The notes below the pieces were generated by a model, which was not told the origin of the DNA, did no database searches, and was given only the letters and a program-made list of their open reading frames with translations. This document shows positions 55,495-64,000 of a DNA stretch of 64,000 bases, one piece after another; the first letter of the stretch is position 1; the number at the start of each line of letters is the position of its first letter. The translations under genes were made by a program, and so were the position numbers. The stretch is from the human T2T-CHM13v2.0 reference genome, Homo sapiens, in the NCBI RefSeq assembly GCF_009914755.1, contig NC_060934.1. One strand, given 5' to 3'.

Positions 55495-56484
55495 TGAAGG
55501 ATATTTTCAGTGGATATAATATTCTGGGATAAATGTTATTTTCCTTTAGCACTTTAAATATGTCATGCCATTCTCTCCTAATCTGTAAGGTTTCCACTGA
55601 GAAGTCTGCTGCCAGATGTACTGGAGCCCCATTGTATACTGTTTCTTTTCTCTTGCTGCTTTTGAGATCCTTTCTTTATCCCTGACCTTTGGGAGTTTGA
55701 TTATCAAATGTCTTGAGGTAGTCTTATTTGGGTTAAATCTGCTTGGTGTTCTATAACCTTGCACTTGAATATTGATATTTTTCTTTAGGATTGAAAAGGT
55801 CTCTATTATTAGCTCTTTAAATAAACTTTCTATCCCTCTCTCTCCTTCTACCTCCTCTTTAAGGCCAGTAACCCTTAGATTTGCCCTTTTGAGGCTATTT
55901 TCTAGATCCTGTGGGAGTATTTCACTCTTTTTTCTTTTGTCAACTCTGTATATTTTCATATATCATGTCTTCATGCTAATTCTTTCTTCTGCTTGATCAA
56001 TTCTGCTGTTGAGAGCCTCTGATGCATTCTCCAGGTTGTCAATTACATTTCTAACTCCAGAATTTCTCTTTGATATTTCACCATTGTTTTAATCTCTTTG
56101 TTAAATTTATCTGATAGGATTCTGAACTTCCTCTGTTTATCTTCAGTTTAGTTGAGATTTCTCAAAACAGCTGTTTTGAATTTCTGAAAAGTCACATGGC
56201 TTTGTCTCTTCATGTTTGGTCACTAGTGCCTTACTTCATTGGTTTGGTGAGGTCATGTTTTCCTGGATCGTCTTGATGCTTCTAAATTTTCAGCAATGTC
56301 TAAGCGCTGAAGAGTTAGGTATTTATTCTATCCTTTGCAGTCCGTACTTGTTTGTACCTGAACTTCTTGGGAAGGCATTCCAAGTATTCAAAAGGAATTG
56401 AGTGTAATGATCTCAATTCTTCAGTCACTGCAGCCATCTGCATTAGTGGACACTCCAAGCCCAGTAACACTTTTTTTTTTTTTT

Positions 56485-56785
56485 AAGAGACAGAGTCTCA
56501 CTATGGTTGCCCAAGCTGGAGTGCAGTGGCTATTCAAAGGCACGATCCCACTACTGATCAGCACAGGAGTTCTGACCTGCTCCATTTCCAACCTGAGCCA
56601 GTTCACCCCTCCTTAGGCAACCTGGTGGCCCCCCACTCCCAGGAAGTCACCATATTGATGTCGAACTTAGTGCAGACACCCAATCAGCAGAGCACATTAC
56701 AGCCCAGAGCTCCTGAGCCCAAGCGATCCTCCTGCCTCAGCTTCCTAAGTAGGTGGGACTACATGCACACACCACCACGCCCAGC
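56485..56785 (-). pseudogene. Full-length 7SL (SRP) RNA retrocopy
   Basis: About 300 nt with Alu-domain ends plus the S domain (reverse complement of CTAAGTTCGACATCAATATGGTGAC...GGTTGCCTAAGGAGGGGTGAAC); poly(A) at 56471-56484. Confidence 0.92.
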
Positions 56786-57194
56786 AAAACTGTGACTCTT
56801 GCCAACTCATAGAGGTACTGCCTTGGTGAACTTGGGTAAGATCTGGGAGAATTCCCTGGATTACTAGGCAGAGTCTCTTGTTCTTCTCCCTTACTCTCCC
56901 CCAAACAAATGAAGTTTCCCTCTCACTCTCTCTCTCTGTGCTGAGATTCTTAATAGTTGGGGTAGAGGTGATGCAAGCACTCCCATGGCCACCACTGCTA
57001 AGACTGTGCTAGATCACACCTGACAGTACTGGGTCTCACCCAAAGCATGTAGAGACTAATTCCTGTCTATTGTTGATGTTTATTCAAAGCCCAAGGGCTC
57101 TTTAGTCAGCAAGTGATAAATCCTGTCAGGCCTGGGGTCTTTTATCTTCAGGGCAGCAGCTTCCCTTCTAGTCAAAAAATTTTTTGTTGTTTTT

Positions 57195-57362
57195 ATATGG
57201 GAGACTTGAATTTTATTACTCAAATCAGTCTCCCCAGAAATTTGAAGGCTAGGGTTTTTCAAGGATAGTTTGGCAGGCAGGAGAATGGGTGCTGCTGACC
57301 GGTTGGGGATGTAATCATATGGATGTGGAAAACGTCCTTATGTGCTGAATCCACTTCTGGGT
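57195..57362. mobile_element. ERV1-class LTR fragment
   Basis: TTTTATTACTCAAATCAGTCTCCCC motif shared by MER31/LTR8-type LTRs. Confidence 0.5.
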
Positions 57363-57706
57363 CAAAATTTTTAAATATTTTTAATAAGCAATAGATTCAA
57401 AGAATTCAAATTCTTAAAAAATAGAAAATAATTAACACTCCTGTATATACCCAAAAGAACTGAAAGCAGGATCTCAAAGAGATACCTGTACACCTACATC
57501 CATAGCAGCATTATTCACAATAGCCAAAAGGTAGAAACAACCCAATCGTCCACTGATATATGAATAGATAAACAAAATGTGGTATAAGCATACCTCAAAG
57601 ATATTTAGGGTTTGGTTCCAGACAACTGCAATAAAGCAAATATCGCAATAATGCAAGTCACACAAATTTTTGGTTTCATAGTGCACATAAAAGTATGTTT
57701 ATACTA

Positions 57707-58008
57707 GCCTGGGCGCAGTGGTTCACTCCTGTAATCCCAGCACTTTAAGAGGCCAAGGTGGGCAGATCAAATAAGGCCAGAAGTCTGAGACCAGACTGGC
57801 CAACATGTTGAAACCCTGTCTCCAATAAAAATACTAAAAAAATTAGCCAGGTGTGGTGGTGCGCACCTGAAATCCTAGCTACTAGGGTGACTAAGCCACA
57901 AGAATCACTTGAACCCATGAGGTGAAGGTTGCAGTAAACCGAGATTGCACCGCTGCACTTCCAGCGTGGGTGACAGAGCAAGACTCTGTCTCATTAAAAA
58001 AAAAAAAG
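57707..58008 (+). mobile_element. Alu
   Basis: Full dimer. Confidence 0.88.
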
Positions 58009-58047
58009 GATGTTTATACGATACTGTAGTCCATTGACAAGAGTTGG

Positions 58048-58182
58048 TTTTTCTTTTTTTTCTTTTATAGAGATGAGAGTTAATGTGGCCCCAGCTGGTC
58101 CCAAACTCCTGGCCTCAAGTGATTCTCTTGCCTTGGCTTTCCAAAGCACTGGGATTACAGGCATGAGCCACTGTGCCAGGCC
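58048..58182 (-). mobile_element. FLAM / Alu left monomer
   Basis: Single arm. Confidence 0.75.
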
Positions 58183-58702
58183 AATATACTGTAGTCTATT
58201 AAGTGTGCAATAGCATTGTATCTTAAAAAAAAAATCCATATACCTTAATTTAAAATCACTTTATTGCTAAAAAATGCTAACGATCAATTGAGGCTTTGCA
58301 AGTCTTAAACTTTTTGTTGATGGAGAGTCTCGCCTCATTGTCAACATTGATGGCTACTGACTGATCAGGGTGGTAATTGCTGAAGGCTGGGGTAGCTGTG
58401 GCAATTTCTTAAAATAAGACAGCAACAAAGTTTGCTACACTGATTGACTCTTCTTTTCATAAAAGATTTCTCTATACCAGGAGATGCTGCATGATAGCAT
58501 TTTACCCACGGAACTGCTTTCAAAAGTAGAGTCAAGCCTCTTAACCCCTGCTGCTGCTCTGTCAACTAAGTTTATGGAATATTCTAAATACTTTGTTGTC
58601 ATTTCTATAATGTTCATAGCATCTTCACCAGCAGTAGGTTCCATCTCAAGAAAACACTTTCTTTGCTCATCCATAAAATATAAATGGATGAGGAGTATTT
58701 TT

Positions 58703-59646
<944 letters not shown>

Positions 59647-59847
59647 TGGATGAAGGGTATTTTTTATCCTAAGATTGCAGCAATTCAGTCACATTTTCAG
59701 GCTTTAGTTCTAGTTCTCTTGTTATTTCCACCATATCTATAGTTAAGTTCTTCGAATGAAGTCTTGAGCCCCTCAGTCATCCATGAAGGTTGGAATAAAA
59801 TTCTTCCAAACTCTTATTGTTGGTATTTTGACTTCCTCCCATGAATC

Positions 59848-60068
59848 AAAGACAGGGTCTTGCTCTGTCGCCCAGGCTGGAGTGCACTAGTATGATCATA
59901 GCTCACTGTAAACCTTCAACTCCTAAGCTCAAGCAATCCTCTTGCCTAAACCTCCCAAGTAGCATGTGCCACCACACCTGGCTTTTTAAAATTATTTTTT
60001 GTAGAGACAGTGTCTCACTACATTGCCCAGGTTGGTCTCAAACTCCTGGCTTCAAGCAATCCTCTCAC
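59848..60068 (-). mobile_element. Alu (J-like, partial)
   Basis: Alu match. Confidence 0.8.
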
Positions 60069-61774
60069 TTCACAAATGTTCTTAACAGTAACTGGAATGG
60101 TGAATTCTTTGAAGGTTTTCAATTTACTTTGCCCAGAACTATCAGAGGAATCACTATATGTGGTAACTACAGCCTTACGAAATGTATTTCTTAAATAATA
60201 AAACTTGAAAGTAAAAATTACTCCTTGTTCCTACAGCAGCAGAATGGATGTTGTATTAGCAGGCATGAAAACATTAATCTCCATGTATATCTCCATCTGA
60301 GCTCTGATGTGACCAGGTGCACTGTCAATAAGCAGCAGTATTTTGAAAGCAATCTTTTTACTGAGCGGTGGGTCTCAACAGTGGGCTTAAGCCCATATTA
60401 ATATATTCAGTACACCATGCTGTAAACAGATGAGCTGTCATCCAGGCTTTGTTGTTCCATTTATAGAATACAGGCAGAGTAGATTTAGCATAATTCCTGA
60501 GGGCCCTGGCATTTTCAGAATGGTAAACAAGCACTGGCTTCAACCTAAAGTCACCAGATGCATTAGACCCTAAAAGAGAGTCAGCCTGTCCTTTGAAGTT
60601 AGGCATTGACTACTTCTCTCAGCTATAAAAGAAAGTTGTAGAGGACATTTTCTTCCAATAGAAGGCTGTTTTGTCAACATTGAAAATCTGTTGTTTAGTA
60701 TACCCACCTTCGTCAATTACCTCAGCTAGACATGCTAGACAACTTGCTGTAGCATATACATCAGTACTTTTACATTATGGAGATGGCTTCTTTCCTTAAA
60801 CTTCACGAACTAATATTTGCTAGCTTCAAGCTTTTCTTCTGCAGCTTCCTTATCTCTCTCAGCCTTCAGAGACTTGAAGAGAGTTAGAATCTTGGTCTGG
60901 ATTAGACTTTGGCTAATCCTAATGTTGTGGCTGGTGTGATTTTCTATTCGGACTACTAAAATTCTCTCCGTATCAGCAATAAGGCTGTTTTTCACTTTCT
61001 TACCATTCATGTATTCACCAGAGTAGCACTTTTAATTCCTTTAAGTTGCATTAACAACTTGGATAACTGGCACAAGAAGCCTTGCTTTCAGCCTATCTGG
61101 GCTTTTGATATGCCTTCTTCACTAAGCATAATCCTTTCTAGCTTTTGATTTAAAGTGAGAAATGTGATTTAAAGTGAGAGATTTTCTTTTCACTTATGTA
61201 CTTAGAGGCCACTGTAGGGTTATTAACTGGCCTAATTTCAACACTGTTGTGCCTCAAGGAATAGGAAGGCCCGAGGAGAGGAGAGAGATAGGACTGGCCA
61301 GCTGGTGGAGCAGTCAGAACATAAACATTTATCAATTAGGTTTGTTGTCTTATATAGGTAAGGTTCATGGCACCCCAAAACAATTACATCAATGACCACT
61401 GATCACAGATCACCATTACAGATATAGTAACAACACAGAAGTTTTGAAATACTGTTAAGAATTACCAAAATGTGACATAAAGACACAAAGTGAGCATATA
61501 TGCTGTTGGAAAAATGGTGCCAACTGACTTGCTCAATGCAGTGTTGTCAAAAAACCTTCAATTTGTAAAAATTCAGTATCAAAAATTGAGTAAAGCTTAT
61601 AAGCTTTAGTAATTCTCGCAATATTTCAATATTTTTCATTATTATTTTATCTTTTATGGTGATCTCATATCACTAATTTAGCGATATAAGACAATGCATG
61701 ACATGATCAGTGATCTTTGATGTTACTATTGCAATTGTTTGGATGCCACAAACCACATCCATATAATAAGAACA

Positions 61775-62150
61775 CAGGCATGCCGCATTTTATTGTGCTT
61801 TGCTTTACTGTGCTTCTCAGATACTGTGATTTTTACAAATTGAAGGTTTGGGGCAACCCTGCATAGAACAAGTCTATCAGCACCATTTTTCCAACAGCAT
61901 GTGCTCATCTCTGTGTCAGCATTATTAAGCAATAAAGCATATTTATAAACTAACATATACACAGTCTTTTAAGACATAATGTCATCATTGCACACTTAGT
62001 AGACTACAATATAGTATAAATATAACTTTTATATGCACTAGGATACCAAAAATTTTGTGATTTGCTTTATTACGATATTTGCTTTATTGCACTATTTGCT
62101 TCATTGCAGTGGTCTGGAACTGAGCCCACAATATCTCCAAGGTATGCCTG
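61775..62150 (+). mobile_element. Internally deleted Tigger1 (MITE-like) with both termini
   Basis: Begins CAGGCATGCCGCATTTTATTG and ends GGTATGCCTG; ~140 bp of 5' end joined to ~230 bp of 3' end. Confidence 0.82.
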
Positions 62151-62793
62151 AATTATATAGCTTAAAAAGGAAGGAAATTCTAACATGTGCTACAACACAG
62201 ATGAACCTTGAGGACGTTATGCTTAGTGAAATAAGTGAGTCACAAAAAGAAACACTACTATATGATTCCACTTCTTTGAGGTACCTAGCCTAGTGTTAAG
62301 TCAAATTCATAAAGACATAAAGTAGAATAGCAGTTGCCAGGCACTAGGAAGAGGAGGGAATGAAGAGTTGCTGTTTAATGCATAGAGTTTTAGTATCCTC
62401 AAGATGAAAAGAGTTCTGGAGATTGGTTACATAATAACGTGAATATGCTTAATGCTACTTAAAAAATGGTTACGTCTGTAAATTTTATGTTGTGTATATT
62501 TTACCACAATTTAAAATAGAAAACAAAAAACCTCCCTCCCACTGGTATGTAGCCATCTTCTAGTTCCCATATGACCCACTCTCTGTAAGTAACTTTTACT
62601 TATCCAGAATTTCCTTATGCATTTACAAGTAAATATAAGCAAATCAAACAACCATATACATTGTTCTATATTTTGCTGTTTTCACTTAACAATGTATCTT
62701 GGAATTCTTTCGCAGAAATCTTCATGATTTAAGAGCAACATTTTAACAAGAACTTCAATATATGAAGGAAAGCTTTAATATGACAGAACTTAC

Positions 62794-62954
62794 CAATATC
62801 TGGTAGACACTGCCCATTATAGGGGTACCAATTTCCTTTTACAGTAAAGGGACTTTTCCTGTTGCTTGTTGAACCGGTTCCCAGCTGCCCATTACCACCA
62901 AGCCCAAAAGAGTAAATTCGTCCTGATGAAGGAACAAAAGCAGAAGTGTGCTGC
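62794..62954 (-). CDS. HERC4: HERC4 coding exon (161 nt), RCC1-like repeat: (R)QHTSAFVPSSGRIYSFGLGGNGQLGTGSTSNRKSPFTVKGNWYPYNGQCLPDI
   Basis: AG at 62955-62956, GTAAGT donor at 62793; FGLGGNGQLG RCC1 motif. Confidence 0.96.
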
Positions 62955-64000
62955 CTAGAGTAAAATGATAGAAAACTTCAGACTTAATGTTACCTTCCAA
63001 CAATTTACAATGACAAAAGCAGAGAAAATATCAAAAGAGGTAATTTTTCTTTTCAAAAAATTAATAAAACCAATTGTAGTTCCAAAGCTTCTGTACAAAT
63101 ATTCATTAACAGACTTAATCTATAGAATGAATTCTGCATCACATAGACAGGCTGCACGAGCATGGTCCAGAAAATTTCCACTAATGTTTAAATTTTAAAC
63201 AGCCTGGGTCTATACTGAAATCCCTTACAATAAACGATTCAGCACCAGAGTAGCATCTACCTATGCTGTTCAAGGAAGTCCCCACTACTCCCCTTGTCAA
63301 GTTCTAGTCCAGAGCTGTGGTCTATGAAAGTCCTCCACTTGGGTATCACCGAGAAGTTTTAGGCTAAGAAATGGGAAGTAATCTAGTACCAATCAGAAGA
63401 TTGTTATATACACTTATGCATGACAGAAACAATGTTTCCTTTCTTCTGAGGAAAGTAATCTCTATATGTACGCACCAAAACTCCTCTGGAGGTACTACAG
63501 TGAAAGCAAACCTAAGAAACCACAGATCTGAAGCTAAGGATGACCCACCAATCCACTCTCAGTAAACCTATCCAACTCCTCAGAAAAAGTCTCCTTAGGC
63601 AAGCAGGGAAGTATTTCATTGTGTACCCTATCCATGAGATGGTTTTACTGAGGGGACATGGCATCTCCAGGTCTCACCCTTGTTTCTATCAGGTCTTAGA
63701 TCTTGTCTCTTGCCCTAAACCTCTTTGCCATTTGTGGCATATTGTTTATAAAAGTGGCTGAAATTATCCCTCTAACCATACCCATATCTTATGCAATATG
63801 ACTATTACAGTTGTTCCCAGCAAGACTGGAAATCTCTTTCTCCATGTCTTAAATCCAAGTCCTAATCTATAGCTTGCTTTGGCCAGCAGAAACAACAGTG
63901 TCTCAGTTCCGAGCCTTTGCCTCACAAGTGGCTTTATACACTCTTTCCCTAACTATCTTTAGGAATTCTGCTCTACCATCGTAAGAATAAACCAAGGTTA

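Overview
Primate (very probably human) genomic DNA. The window holds the middle of the HERC4 E3 ubiquitin ligase gene on the minus strand: 12 coding exons (1453 nt in total, all GT-AG, phases consistent) running from the end of the RCC1-like domain into the start of the HECT domain, including a 24-nt microexon. The introns are dense in repeats: about 45 Alu/FAM/FLAM copies, old L1, L2, MIR, LTRs (MER77-like, THE1, MLT1), MER58, MER2 and a rearranged Tigger1. They also contain three retrocopies lying sense to HERC4: an RPS3A processed pseudogene, a full-length 7SL copy and a 5'-truncated POU5F1/OCT4 pseudogene. There is no prokaryotic system or CRISPR array, and I found no convincing new protein-coding gene. 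The most interesting signals are (i) a microexon with an SRRM4-type acceptor, (ii) an OCT4 retrocopy starting exactly at exon 2 with a junction suggesting an OCT4B-type source, (iii) a composite fold-back Tigger1 with an 18-bp palindrome at its inversion junction, (iv) several templated-insertion scars, including a 93-bp near-identical local copy, and (v) an architecture favouring circRNA formation and intronic polyadenylation. Repeat family names and parent-gene comparisons come from memory of consensus sequences, and repeat boundaries are approximate.
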